DNA of 64,000 bases from Alphaproteobacteria bacterium. Its GTDB lineage: Bacteria > Pseudomonadota > Alphaproteobacteria > SMXP01. Both the position numbers and the translations under genes were made by a program. The DNA lies in contig OZ243948.1 in assembly GCA_965214255.1 (NCBI GenBank), positions 1,433,885 to 1,497,884 of the forward strand, in the 5' to 3' direction. Positions 38,028 to 48,010 of this stretch are shown here, piece by piece. The notes below the pieces were generated by a model. It was not told the DNA's origin, made no database searches, and saw nothing but the letters and a program-made list of their open reading frames with translations. Numbering within the stretch: the stretch's first letter is position 1; every line of letters starts with the position of its first letter.

Positions 38028-38879
38028 ATGACCGCATCTTCATCCGTCGTCAATCGCAGAACGGCGCTGGCGGCCGTCGCCGGCGCGGCGAGCGCAAGCC
38101 TCGTCACCGGCGCGCGGGCGGGGAACACGCTCGACTTGAACGACCCCGACGATCTCCTGACGGCCATCGCCAAAATGCGCGGCAGCACCGACGGGCGGGT
38201 GACCATGGGTTGGGTGATCGGCACACGCTACGCGGTGGTCGAAAGTCTGGCGACGCCCATGTGGAATATCCTGGCGGGTACGTTCAGCCGCTGCCAAAAA
38301 ATTTCCGAAGACACGTACGAAGTCAAAAGCATCGAAGTCGCCTATTTTACCGACCTCGAAACCGGCAAGTTGAAAGAGACGTGGAACAATCCCTTTACCG
38401 ATACCACGGTGGAACTCGAACGCACGCGCATGGGGCCGTCGACCTTCACCATGACCGCGAAGAGACTCACCGTTCCAAATCCGTCCGGCGAAGCCGCCGG
38501 AATGGTGATCGACCATGAATTCAAGCCTCCCGTCATCGTCGGCGACGACGTGTGGATCACGGAAGAGATTCAAGTTGACGGGCCGCCGTTCGGACCGGGC
38601 ATGCGCAAGTTCGCCTACAACGAAATGACCACTTATCACAGTACGCTGGACGAACTTTCCGATCCGGATTCGGGGGCCGTGTCGGCTTCGATTCAGTATC
38701 AGAGTCTGGTAAGCTTCAGGCCCTGGATGGCGTTCGGCGATATTACCGGCCATACCACGGGCCGCGGCAGCGGACGCCATATCGACAGCGTCGACAAGTT
38801 TCCCCGCTACTATTTGGAACTCACGGAAAAATACAACGCGGACGTGTTGAACGATCCGGTCGCCGTTCTGGAGGGTTGA
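38028..38879 (+). CDS. Tat-signal periplasmic hypothetical protein (DUF1838-like)
   Basis: ATG 38028 follows aggag. Tat signal VVNRRTALAAVAGAASASLVTGARA. Confidence 0.6.
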   Translation: MTASSSVVNRRTALAAVAGAASASLVTGARAGNTLDLNDPDDLLTAIAKMRGSTDGRVTMGWVIGTRYAVVESLATPMWNILAGTFSRCQKISEDTYEVKSIEVAYFTDLETGKLKETWNNPFTDTTVELERTRMGPSTFTMTAKRLTVPNPSGEAAGMVIDHEFKPPVIVGDDVWITEEIQVDGPPFGPGMRKFAYNEMTTYHSTLDELSDPDSGAVSASIQYQSLVSFRPWMAFGDITGHTTGRGSGRHIDSVDKFPRYYLELTEKYNADVLNDPVAVLEG

Positions 38880-38978
38880 TCCTCGACGGCAACCGGATCT
38901 CCGAAAACAACCCTATGGTCTTCAAGGCGTCACATTCGCTAAACTGCGGACCTGACCGTTAGCGAAAGAGAGCTTTAT

Positions 38979-39701
38979 ATGACCATCCGTTTCGCTGAGA
39001 CGATCACGAAAACGGGAGCATGGCTGATCGCCTTGACCGCCCTCGGCTTGGCGGCTTCGTGCGGAGAGCCGCAGGAGGAAGCATCGGCGGAAAGCACGGG
39101 CCGGGTCGCGGATGCGTCAAACCCTCTCGATGATTTCTGCGCCGACGCACAACGGCATCTCGCGGGCACATCGCTTGAGACCACAAATATCATCCACGAT
39201 AAATGGCCGGACTATACGGCCTCCAAGCCGGAAGTGGATGAAACCGAACTCGTGTCGCATCAATTCCTGTACCAAGAGGCCCTGCCAAACTCGGGCGCGC
39301 CTTACGTTAAAATCATTTCCTGCAAAACGAAATCGTCCGACCGCATCAAAACATTTCGCGGCGAGGACGCCGCAGGGGCGCAATCGTCATGCGGCGCCGT
39401 CAACCGACGCACCGTCGAGCGCGTCATCGACAGGCTCAAGTTGGATGACCCGCCAGAAATCATCTATGACGAGGACGACTCCGTGCTGATGGGGCCGCAA
39501 TGGCTTGAGCCCTGGCCCTACAAAGTCGCTTACGAGGATGAATCCGGCGCTCTTCACTTCAGAGGCAAGGGCATGCTGATCCCCTACAGCAAGCTCATCC
39601 CCATGCCCGACCGCTTCAAGGGCGTACACTATTGCCACTTGGTCGCCCCCGATTATGCGGAAGCCCTGCTAACGGGCAAAATCGAAGCGCCCGAACTCTA
39701 G
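38979..39701 (+). CDS. Putative lipoprotein
   Basis: Signal plus lipobox LGLAASCG. Confidence 0.6.
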   Translation: MTIRFAETITKTGAWLIALTALGLAASCGEPQEEASAESTGRVADASNPLDDFCADAQRHLAGTSLETTNIIHDKWPDYTASKPEVDETELVSHQFLYQEALPNSGAPYVKIISCKTKSSDRIKTFRGEDAAGAQSSCGAVNRRTVERVIDRLKLDDPPEIIYDEDDSVLMGPQWLEPWPYKVAYEDESGALHFRGKGMLIPYSKLIPMPDRFKGVHYCHLVAPDYAEALLTGKIEAPEL

Positions 39702-39770
39702 CTGCCGCGCCGAGTCCGGCGGCGGCTTGACGGACATGACGGAGCCTCAAACGAGTTCAAAAATCGAGTG

Positions 39771-40847
39771 TTACCGGCGCGGCTGTTTGCCGAAGAAGGG
39801 GGCAACGTCCCGGTTGGAAACCATATAGCAATTGACCAACATGGATAACATGTTGATACCGATCCGCTCGGCTCGCGGCTCCGTCCAGCTATAGGTCAAC
39901 TCCTTGATCCCGTCTTCGGTTCGTTCGAGAAGGTAAAGCACCAGCGAATTGCGCGTAAATGCGCCGACTTCGTTGTTGATGGGCCATTCCACGTTGCGCA
40001 GGATCACGCCGATCTCCCGCCCGTCCTCGGCTTCGAACCACTTGATGCCGCCCATATCGTGGAGATCACGGATTTCATAGCGGTCGAAAGGCTCGTCCCG
40101 GCCGCCGGAAACACCCGGAATATCCGCGTAACAGTTGAACGTCCGGGCGCGGCTCAATTGATACATGTCGCCGGCGGTATTTCCGTAAATCTGATTGCCG
40201 TCATCGTCGAAACCCCGCTGCAGCACCCACAGCGCGTCCGGGCTTAGAAACATGTGAAAATCGACATTCGCCTCACCGACGCCGGCCAGGTCGCGCCGGC
40301 AGGTCTTCAGGTCCGTGCGGCCGTTGAATTGACCGGGCTCGCGCCGCCACAACACGTCACAACCCTCTTCATAAAGGGCCGTCTCGGGCGTCAGACCGTC
40401 GAGTTTCGACAAATCCGAATGGGCGTCGGTGAGCGCCGCGTGTTCGGGGCCGTCATAAATGTACATTTTCATGCGCACGGCGTTCGCCCGATTGTCGACT
40501 TCAAGAGCGTAGATCCGGCGCAGATAGGGCTCGCCGTCTCTGCCGCGCGTCGCCTGAACCCAAAAGACATATGCGCCGAATGCGGGCAAGTCGATCCGGT
40601 CCACGGTCGCGTAAACGCGCGGGTGGCGAAGATCTTCGGTCAAATTGCGGCGCACATCGAAATAGTTTTGATTGGCGTTGTCATAGCGCCCCGGAAACAT
40701 CTCGGCGATGACCATAATATCCCGCTCGGCGGGCGTCCCGTCCTGTCCTTGTCCCCAAGCCGTTTGCGCTCCGGCGAGAATAAAAGCCGCCGCCGCCGCA
40801 ATCGCCGTTCCGATCATGTCGTCTCTCCCGATTTGGCGCCGAAACAC
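39771..40847 (-). CDS. Secreted hypothetical protein (358 aa)
   Basis: N-terminal signal (IGTAIAAAAAFILAGAQTAWG). No motif recognised. Confidence 0.55.
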   Translation of the reverse strand: MFRRQIGRDDMIGTAIAAAAAFILAGAQTAWGQGQDGTPAERDIMVIAEMFPGRYDNANQNYFDVRRNLTEDLRHPRVYATVDRIDLPAFGAYVFWVQATRGRDGEPYLRRIYALEVDNRANAVRMKMYIYDGPEHAALTDAHSDLSKLDGLTPETALYEEGCDVLWRREPGQFNGRTDLKTCRRDLAGVGEANVDFHMFLSPDALWVLQRGFDDDGNQIYGNTAGDMYQLSRARTFNCYADIPGVSGGRDEPFDRYEIRDLHDMGGIKWFEAEDGREIGVILRNVEWPINNEVGAFTRNSLVLYLLERTEDGIKELTYSWTEPRAERIGINMLSMLVNCYMVSNRDVAPFFGKQPRR

Positions 40848-41039
40848 GCCGATCTTTCCCGCCGCGAACGGGCCCGCGCGTCAAAGGTCGATTTCCAGCA
40901 AGACCTCATCGAGGGCGAATTGTCAACAATCGTTGCCATTCCCGCCGGTGCCGTGCTTAACTCCGGCCATCGCGGGGATATACTCCCCGCGTCGATCGAA
41001 TCGTTTGAAGCATTGACAGACTCAGGAGAGACGGCGGAA

Positions 41040-41228
41040 ATGACCGACATAACAGTCACCATCACCAAAGAGGAGTTGAGGCGGACCATTTCGGCCTTGC
41101 AACTCATGTTCGCGACGGACACGGAAGAAGCGGAACGCGAAAACCCGTCGCGGCCGGCCGAAGACCTCATCGCGGACGCGGAAACAACGCGTGCGCTGAT
41201 TAAAAAAATCAGAACGACTGCGAAATAA
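41040..41228 (+). CDS. Small hypothetical protein (62 aa)
   Basis: ATG 41040 lies 9 nt after aggagag and is the only non-overlapping part of the longer track ORF 40254..41228. Confidence 0.3.
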   Translation: MTDITVTITKEELRRTISALQLMFATDTEEAERENPSRPAEDLIADAETTRALIKKIRTTAK

Positions 41229-41252
41229 CACCGGATAAAGGAGTTTGGTATT

Positions 41253-42158
41253 GTGAGACCTCATGTAGAGATAGTTCAACAGACTGATTTATGTTGGCAC
41301 GCTGCGGAGTTGCCCCAGGGCTCTGGTCGGGTTGCGCAGCGCAATTTGTGTTACGACGAGGAGAACGGTGCGGCGTCGACCAAGCTTCGTTTTGATACGG
41401 ATTGGAACCGTGAGGGCGGGTATCACGAGGCTGACACGGAGTGGTATGTTTTGGACGGCGAGGTTCGTCTTGGCAATCATGTTCTGCGTCAGGGGTGTTA
41501 TTGGCGTGCTCCTGCGGGGTTTCGGATACCGGACATGTTTGTGAGGGAAGGCACCGAGGTGTTGCTGTTTCGGGAGTATGGGGACTGGGGGTTTTCGGTA
41601 TCCGACGATCACCGTGACAGGTTCATATCCCAGGGCGGGAACACTGCGTCCCGGAAGCCGGGCAAGCTTACGGTGATGGATTCGAACAAGATGACGTGGA
41701 TGCCCAACATTTTCGAAGGCGACACCCAGTGGGAGTTGATGCTCAAGATGCTCTACCGGGACCCGCCCAACGGAGAGGACATCACCAAGGGCTTCGTCAC
41801 GATCCTGTGTTGGGCCCCGCCCGGCTGGTCCGACAACCGCCTCATTCATCATCCCGTGTTCGAGGAGGCCTATACCATCGACGGGCACATGGAATACAAC
41901 TTCGGACGCATGGATCCGGGAACCTATTTCTTCCGGCCCGCCAAGGTCAAACACGGCCATTTCATGGCCGGTGAGGAAAAGGGCGCCACATGGATCTTCC
42001 GTCTCGACGGACATCTGGTCAACTGGGTTACCATCGAAGAGCAGATCAAGGTCATCGGAAAAGCCCTCAACTACGACCCCGCTACACAGGGACCCGTCAT
42101 CGCCGGACTCCCCGTCCGATCAAACTCAACCGGAACATGGAACCGCGATGGACAATAG
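41253..42158 (+). CDS. Bicupin-like hypothetical protein (paralog 1 of 3)
   Basis: Two cupin-like halves. Paralogous to 50661..51527 and 63400..64000 (MRPHVEIVQQTDLCW… / MPRPHIEFIQSQALPW… / MSNRVIEYLDLTKTSHEPL…). Confidence 0.55.
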   Translation: MRPHVEIVQQTDLCWHAAELPQGSGRVAQRNLCYDEENGAASTKLRFDTDWNREGGYHEADTEWYVLDGEVRLGNHVLRQGCYWRAPAGFRIPDMFVREGTEVLLFREYGDWGFSVSDDHRDRFISQGGNTASRKPGKLTVMDSNKMTWMPNIFEGDTQWELMLKMLYRDPPNGEDITKGFVTILCWAPPGWSDNRLIHHPVFEEAYTIDGHMEYNFGRMDPGTYFFRPAKVKHGHFMAGEEKGATWIFRLDGHLVNWVTIEEQIKVIGKALNYDPATQGPVIAGLPVRSNSTGTWNRDGQ

Positions 42159-42237
42159 TTGAGACTCGCTCAGGGCGCACGAACAAGAATGGAGGCAAAC
42201 GAGTTTTGCCTCCATTTCGCTCAGGCCTAAAAGCCGA

Positions 42238-42894
42238 TCAGTTCGACAGCACCGCCTCTTCACCACGAACCTGTTCCTGCGTCCATTCCCATGGATACTG
42301 CTTTTTGGGCGCCTGTCTCAAAATCAGGAACGGGGCCGGCGTCGATGTCGCCGTCATGAATTTCCAAAGCTTTTCCGTAAAGTCCTCGTCCTGCAAACTC
42401 AGCGCGTCTTCAGGCAAGTCGATATAAGGATCGTCGCCCTCCTCGCAGACATTGATGCTGCGGAAGAAAAGAATCTTGCCGGGCTCGTCCGGCATGAGCG
42501 CCCGCATACGGAACGACTCGTACATGTTGTCGGGCATGGCTTTCTTGGGACTGGTCCAGACGATCTCGTCGACCACCTCCGTGATGGTGATGCCGCCCTC
42601 TCCGGTTATCGGCGCCGCCAACGGACGCATCTTGGTTCGAATTTCCCAATCGTGATCGTGATGCGGGCGAACGCTGTTGATCTCCTCGGGGATCTTGACC
42701 CGCACTTCCTTGACCGGCGCGCCTCTGCACCCGTGCGTAACGAGAAGTTCGATATCGACCCTGTGTCCGGCGTAAGCCTCGGTTTTGGTCAGAAAATTAT
42801 GGCTCCAGGCGGAACCGGAAAGCAAAAGCCCGGCCCCTAAAACCGCAGCCGCGATGCTCAAAGACGCTCTCATTCTCCCTCTCCTCGCTTGCAT
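42238..42894 (-). CDS. YcnI-like (DUF1775) periplasmic protein, putative copper-binding
   Basis: Signal peptide cleaved just before His (…SGSAWS|HNFL…), giving an N-terminal His typical of the family. Confidence 0.45.
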   Translation of the reverse strand: MQARRGRMRASLSIAAAVLGAGLLLSGSAWSHNFLTKTEAYAGHRVDIELLVTHGCRGAPVKEVRVKIPEEINSVRPHHDHDWEIRTKMRPLAAPITGEGGITITEVVDEIVWTSPKKAMPDNMYESFRMRALMPDEPGKILFFRSINVCEEGDDPYIDLPEDALSLQDEDFTEKLWKFMTATSTPAPFLILRQAPKKQYPWEWTQEQVRGEEAVLSN

Positions 42895-42979
42895 CCCGTG
42901 TGGGCGTATTTTACCACACGGTCAGGCGCAATGCGACTATTACGGGTCTTGAGCGAACCCGAATCGGGAGCGAAGTATC

Positions 42980-44494
42980 ATGAGGACGCATCTTTCTTCA
43001 GCAAGACTGTCTTTTTTCCTTTTTGCGCTAGCCCTGAGCCTGCGGCCAAGCCAAGCCCGGGCCGCCGATCCCTTGGACGAGATCGACAGCGACTTGTTGC
43101 CGACAGTGGAGGAAATACACGCATGGCACGCCAGCAAAGACGAACGGGGGCCCACATTCGCCGGCAGCCCATCCTGGCTCAATTTCATGTCCATTGTCGA
43201 AACGGAATTGGCGTCGCGCGGCGTCGTGGACGTCATCAAGGACGCCTATTCTTATCCGCGGCAAACGACCTCGTTTTACTACGACGAGGGACAGTGGTCT
43301 CTCAAAATCGACGATGACGACATACCCGTCGCGTCCTACTGGGCCTATTCGGGCTCGACCGGACCCGAGGGTATAACCGCTCCCCTCGTTCTCTATGAGA
43401 CGGGGACGGCGCTCAATGAACTCGAAGGAAAAATCGCGATCTTTGAAGTGCCGGCGCTTCCCGATGAGCGACCGTCGATGTTTCAAGAGCCCGGTTACGA
43501 ATTCGCGACGGACGCCGACACGGTGACGAGCAATGCGGCGCTGAGTTCCGACCAATGGTACCAAACCAACTACGTCACGCGCTTCGGCCGGTTCGACGTC
43601 ATCGTCAAGGAAAGCCGCGCGGCGGGCGCGCTCGTCGTCTTTTCAATGGGTCCGGGACGCGCGGCCGGTCTCTATACGTTCCCCTTGCTGAACCCCGTTT
43701 TTATCGGCGCACCCGGTCTTTACCTGGACGCCGCCGCCGGGGCGCGCGTCAAGCGGGCGGCGCGGGACGGCAAGAGCGCAACGATGACCCTGCGGGACGA
43801 AATCGAACAAACCGAGGCTTACCTCTATACGGGCTTTTTGCCCGGCAAAGACTACGGTACCGATGATGACGAATACGTCTTCGTCATCACACACGCGGAC
43901 GGCCCCAATCTCACCCAGGACAACGGCGCCTTCGGCGTCATGTCCGTTGTCCGCTACATGTCGAACATCCCGCGAAGCGAGCGGCGGCGAACGCTGGCGG
44001 TCATGATCGATTCACAGCATTTCATGCCGCACCGGCACATGACCGACTGGTATGGGATTCATCCGGACATCGTCGAAAAGATCGTCGCGACGATAGGCAT
44101 CGAACATCTGGGCCAGCGGGAATATGTCGAGCGCGGCGGCGACTTCGTTCAGTCTGGTCTTCCGGAGCCCACCCTCGTCTTCGTTCAGGACAACGACTTT
44201 TTGATCGACGAAGCGATCGAAGCGGTCAAACGATTCGACTTGAGGCGCACCATGGTTCAGTCGCCGCCGCGCGGGGGTCAGGGGAACTGGTCCGGCATGA
44301 GCGACATAGCGGTCAAACGGAATTATCCCGGATACGGCATGAGCACGCTGATGAGCGCCTACTGGTCGACCCACGCGCGCCTCGACTCATTCGACGCCAG
44401 ACAATTCCGCAAACAACTGGGAGTCGCCGCTCACCTCACGGCGGTGCTCATGCAAGCGGACCTCGAAGACATGGCCATTGAAGCGAAAGACTGA
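42980..44494 (+). CDS. Secreted hypothetical protein (504 aa)
   Basis: Signal peptide LSFFLFALALSLRPSQARA. No motif recognised. Confidence 0.55.
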   Translation: MRTHLSSARLSFFLFALALSLRPSQARAADPLDEIDSDLLPTVEEIHAWHASKDERGPTFAGSPSWLNFMSIVETELASRGVVDVIKDAYSYPRQTTSFYYDEGQWSLKIDDDDIPVASYWAYSGSTGPEGITAPLVLYETGTALNELEGKIAIFEVPALPDERPSMFQEPGYEFATDADTVTSNAALSSDQWYQTNYVTRFGRFDVIVKESRAAGALVVFSMGPGRAAGLYTFPLLNPVFIGAPGLYLDAAAGARVKRAARDGKSATMTLRDEIEQTEAYLYTGFLPGKDYGTDDDEYVFVITHADGPNLTQDNGAFGVMSVVRYMSNIPRSERRRTLAVMIDSQHFMPHRHMTDWYGIHPDIVEKIVATIGIEHLGQREYVERGGDFVQSGLPEPTLVFVQDNDFLIDEAIEAVKRFDLRRTMVQSPPRGGQGNWSGMSDIAVKRNYPGYGMSTLMSAYWSTHARLDSFDARQFRKQLGVAAHLTAVLMQADLEDMAIEAKD

Positions 44495-44630
44495 ACGCAG
44501 ACCGCCGAGGCAAGACGCGCTCCGATATTTGCCCCCCTGCCGGCCAATTTGTGGCACACTCCGTCCGCCCGGTTCATAATGCTCCCGCGCATCCCGGCGC
44601 ACTCTCGCGAAACTCGGATGGAAACGACCA

Positions 44631-46301
44631 ATGTCCGCTTTGATTTCACGCCATATCGCCACGGTCGGCAGCCGCCAAGTTCATTACCGCCGCGCCGGAG
44701 ACGGCCCGCCCGTCATGCTGTTGCACCAGTCGCCTACATCGTCGCGGGAATACGTGCCGTTGATTACGGAACTGGCAAAGGACTTCACCGTCTTTTCGCC
44801 CGACACGCCGGGCAACGGGCTGTCGGACCCCCTGCCGATCGAAACCGTCACCATGAGCGATCTGGCAGACGCGGTCGCGGGTCTCCTCGACGAACTGGGC
44901 ATTGAAAAAATTCCCGTCTACGGCTTTCACACGGGCGCGCTCTGCGCTCTTGAACTGGCCCGCCGTCATCCGGACCGCATCGCGCTGTCCATTGTCAACG
45001 GCTACATTCAGATGGACGACGCCACGCTTCAAGATTTTCTCGATCATTATTTTGCGGAACTCCATGTGGATTGGAGCGGCAGTCATCTCGCCTGGATCTG
45101 GGCGCGCATGCGCGAACAATATATTTTCTTCCCGTGGTACAAGAAGGGCCTCGAACACCGCGGAAATTTCGATCTTCCGTCCAAAGAGCATATTCACGAC
45201 GCCGTCATGGAAATTTTGAGGGCGGGCGATCACTATCGCGGGCCGTACCGCTCGGCGTTCATGTTCGACGCGGCGGAAGCCGTGCAACAGGTCACGGCAC
45301 CGACCGTCATGATGTGCGCGCGCAGCGACGTGTTGTTCGCCTTTTTCGAGGTGATGCCGAAACCGGCGGACTGCGTGACCAAGCTCGCGACGGACTCCCA
45401 CGAGCACAGCGAGCGGGAACTCGTTCGGCTGTTCAAGGAAAACCCCTCTTCGGCTGCCGCGCCCGAGGTCGCCCCGACCAGGGCGATGGAAGGCAAAGTG
45501 TGGCGTGAATGTTTCGCCGTAAACGGCGGCACGCTCTACGGGCGGCGCAACACCGACGGTCAGGGACGCCCCGTCGTCATTCAGCATGCCTCCGCCGGGT
45601 CGAGCGCGGGTCAGGTGGATCTGATGCAGGCGTTCATCGGCAAGCGTCCGGTGATCGCCTTCGATTTGCCGGGCAACGGCGAAAGCGACAGATTGCTGGA
45701 CGCCGACGACATCACCGTCGCCCGACAGGCGGATTTCCTGGCTCAAGGCATTCGCGCCGCGGGCTACGACGAAATCGATATCATCGGCGACTGGGGCGGC
45801 GGAACCGTAGCGGTCGAACTCGCGGCGCAGAACCCCGATCTCGTCAAACACGTCGCCGCGCCTCACCTGATCGTGCTCGACGACGCCACCCGCGAGAGGT
45901 ACCTTGAGCACTATACGCCGCCCCTCGACATCGACGAATATGGCGGGCATATGCTCAAGGCGTGGGTCATCATCCGCGATCAGGAACTTTTCGCCCCCTA
46001 TTTCGAGCGCAAGCGCGAGAACATCATTCGCTCGCACGAGCCGCGCATAGATCCGCAACACGTTCATCTGCGCACGCTCGATCTTTTGAAATGCGCCGAT
46101 CTTTACGGCAAGTTCTACGCCGCACACTTCACCTACCCGGTCCTGGATCGACTGAAGCGGCTTGCCTGCCCGATTCTGATCGGCGATCCGGACGGTCCGG
46201 CCGCCGCGCTCGACTTGCCCAACGTCACGGCGCGAAAACTGCCCTATGGACCCGGCCCCGAACTCGCCGACGCCCTGCTCACATTCTTCGAAACCGCGTA
46301 A
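44631..46301 (+). CDS. Tandem-duplicated alpha/beta-hydrolase-fold protein (epoxide-hydrolase/dehalogenase-like) with variant nucleophile elbow
   Basis: Domain 1 has HQSPTSS…PGNGLSDP…YGFHTGAL, with His at the nucleophile position. Domain 2 has QHASAGSS…PGNGESD…IGDWGGG, which is GHDWGG-like. Confidence 0.7.
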   Translation: MSALISRHIATVGSRQVHYRRAGDGPPVMLLHQSPTSSREYVPLITELAKDFTVFSPDTPGNGLSDPLPIETVTMSDLADAVAGLLDELGIEKIPVYGFHTGALCALELARRHPDRIALSIVNGYIQMDDATLQDFLDHYFAELHVDWSGSHLAWIWARMREQYIFFPWYKKGLEHRGNFDLPSKEHIHDAVMEILRAGDHYRGPYRSAFMFDAAEAVQQVTAPTVMMCARSDVLFAFFEVMPKPADCVTKLATDSHEHSERELVRLFKENPSSAAAPEVAPTRAMEGKVWRECFAVNGGTLYGRRNTDGQGRPVVIQHASAGSSAGQVDLMQAFIGKRPVIAFDLPGNGESDRLLDADDITVARQADFLAQGIRAAGYDEIDIIGDWGGGTVAVELAAQNPDLVKHVAAPHLIVLDDATRERYLEHYTPPLDIDEYGGHMLKAWVIIRDQELFAPYFERKRENIIRSHEPRIDPQHVHLRTLDLLKCADLYGKFYAAHFTYPVLDRLKRLACPILIGDPDGPAAALDLPNVTARKLPYGPGPELADALLTFFETA

Positions 46302-46314
46302 GGGAGTATCCTAC

Positions 46315-47154
46315 ATGCAGATCGACCGTGGATTCGTTCGCATCGACGAAGGTCTCGTACATTACCGCCATTGCGGCGAGCCGAGCGATGCGCCGCCGCT
46401 TTACATGATTCACGCCTCTCCGGCGTCGTCCATTGCCGTCGCCGGTCTCATGGGACACCTGGGCGCGACGCGCAAAGTCTACGCTCCCGATACGCTGGGC
46501 AACGGCGATTCGGCGCCGCCCGCCCTCGACAAGCCGCAAATGGACTACTACGCGGAAACCGTGACGCGGGTGCTCGATGGATTGGGACTCGATCAGGTGG
46601 ACATGTTCGGCAGCCACACCGGCGCGCACATCTCTTCGGAAGTCGCCATTCGTTATCCAGACCGCGTGCGCAGACTCGTCTTCGACGGCGTCGCCATGTT
46701 CACCGAAGACGAGCGCCGCGAATGTTTGGAGAATTACGCGCCCGAGATGGCGCCCGACATTTACGGCAATCATCTCAACTGGGCGTGGCACTTCGTACGC
46801 GACCAGGGCGCGTATTTCCCTTATTTCAAACGGGACCCCGAGCATGTCCGCAGCGTACCCATGCCGTCCGCGGACGTGCTTCACGCCATAACCGTAGAAG
46901 TGATGAAGGCGATCCGCACCTATCACAAAGGCTACCGCGCGGCTTTCAGTCACAACATTCGCGAGCGGCTGCCGCTCATCGAGCAGACGACGTTTTGCAT
47001 GGCGTCGGACTCCGATCCTCTGAACCCGGGCGTCGATGAAACGGCGCGTCTCGTCAAAAACTCCCGCAAAGCGATCCTGCCGGGCGAAGAGACGCCCGAA
47101 GGCTTGGAAGCCAAGGCCGAAGCCATTCAACGGTTTCTTGATGACCATGACTAA
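46315..47154 (+). CDS. Alpha/beta-hydrolase-fold protein, single domain (paralog)
   Basis: IHASPASS…LGNGDSAP…FGSHTGAH. ATG 46315 follows agggag. Confidence 0.7.
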   Translation: MQIDRGFVRIDEGLVHYRHCGEPSDAPPLYMIHASPASSIAVAGLMGHLGATRKVYAPDTLGNGDSAPPALDKPQMDYYAETVTRVLDGLGLDQVDMFGSHTGAHISSEVAIRYPDRVRRLVFDGVAMFTEDERRECLENYAPEMAPDIYGNHLNWAWHFVRDQGAYFPYFKRDPEHVRSVPMPSADVLHAITVEVMKAIRTYHKGYRAAFSHNIRERLPLIEQTTFCMASDSDPLNPGVDETARLVKNSRKAILPGEETPEGLEAKAEAIQRFLDDHD

Positions 47155-47983
47155 CCCCGCTCCATTCGGCCCCGCGAACATCGTGCGGGACTACGGCGCT
47201 TACGAGCACGGACAGATCCATTTCCGGATCTCCAGGCCGGACGACCCGGCGCGCACGCCGCTCATGTGCTTTCACATGAGTCCGAGTTCGGGCCGCATTT
47301 ACGCGCGGCTTTTGAGTTATCTGGGGACGGACCGGATAGCGCTCGCTCCGGACACGCCGGGCTTCGGCGAAACGGACGTGCCGCCCCGCCCCTTGGAGAT
47401 CGAAGATTTCGCCGAAGCGAATTTCGGATTGCTCGATCAATTGGGTTTGACCGGTGAAGTCGATGTCATGGGGTATCATACGGGCTCTTTGACCGCTTCC
47501 GAGATGGCGCGCCAACAGCCGGGGCGCATCCGCCGCGTGATCCTGATCTCCGCTCCGATCTTCACGGAAACGGAACTCGAAGAATTTCGCAACGAGTACG
47601 CGCACCGCGAAGTCAAGGAAGACGGCAGCCATCTGGTCGACTTGTGGAAGGCCGTGCGCTTCTGGGGCGACAAAACGCAAACCCTCGAAAACGCCATGGA
47701 GCACTATGCCGAACATTTGCGCGGCGGCAAGAATTCCTGGTGGGGCCACCGCGCGGCCTTCAACTACAAACTGCAGGACACGCTGCCGCGGCTCGGTCAG
47801 CCCATTCTGGTCCTCAATACGGAAGACGATCTGCACGAGCACTCCTTGCGCGCCGCGACGCTCATGCAGAACGGACGCATCCGGGAACTTCCCGGCTGGA
47901 GCCACGGGTTTCTGGATATCCATACGCAAGAGGTCGACGCCCTTGTCCGCGCGTTTCTCGACACGGACGAGGTCTCTTCTTGA
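47141..47983 (+). CDS. Alpha/beta-hydrolase-fold protein, single domain (paralog)
   Basis: FHMSPSSG…PGFGETD…MGYHTGSL. The start overlaps the previous gene by 14 bp, or by 8 bp if ATG 47147 is used. Confidence 0.7.
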   Translation: MTMTNPAPFGPANIVRDYGAYEHGQIHFRISRPDDPARTPLMCFHMSPSSGRIYARLLSYLGTDRIALAPDTPGFGETDVPPRPLEIEDFAEANFGLLDQLGLTGEVDVMGYHTGSLTASEMARQQPGRIRRVILISAPIFTETELEEFRNEYAHREVKEDGSHLVDLWKAVRFWGDKTQTLENAMEHYAEHLRGGKNSWWGHRAAFNYKLQDTLPRLGQPILVLNTEDDLHEHSLRAATLMQNGRIRELPGWSHGFLDIHTQEVDALVRAFLDTDEVSS

Positions 47984-48010
47984 TAACGGCGGTTCGTCGT
48001 TCCGGGGCCC

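Noticed and set aside
40254-41228. 324-aa plus-strand ORF
   Set aside because: Most of it is antisense to the secreted protein gene 39771-40847. Only the distal 62-aa part with its own RBS is kept as a low-confidence small ORF.
44646-46127. 493-aa minus-strand ORF
   Set aside because: It is antisense to the tandem alpha/beta-hydrolase gene.
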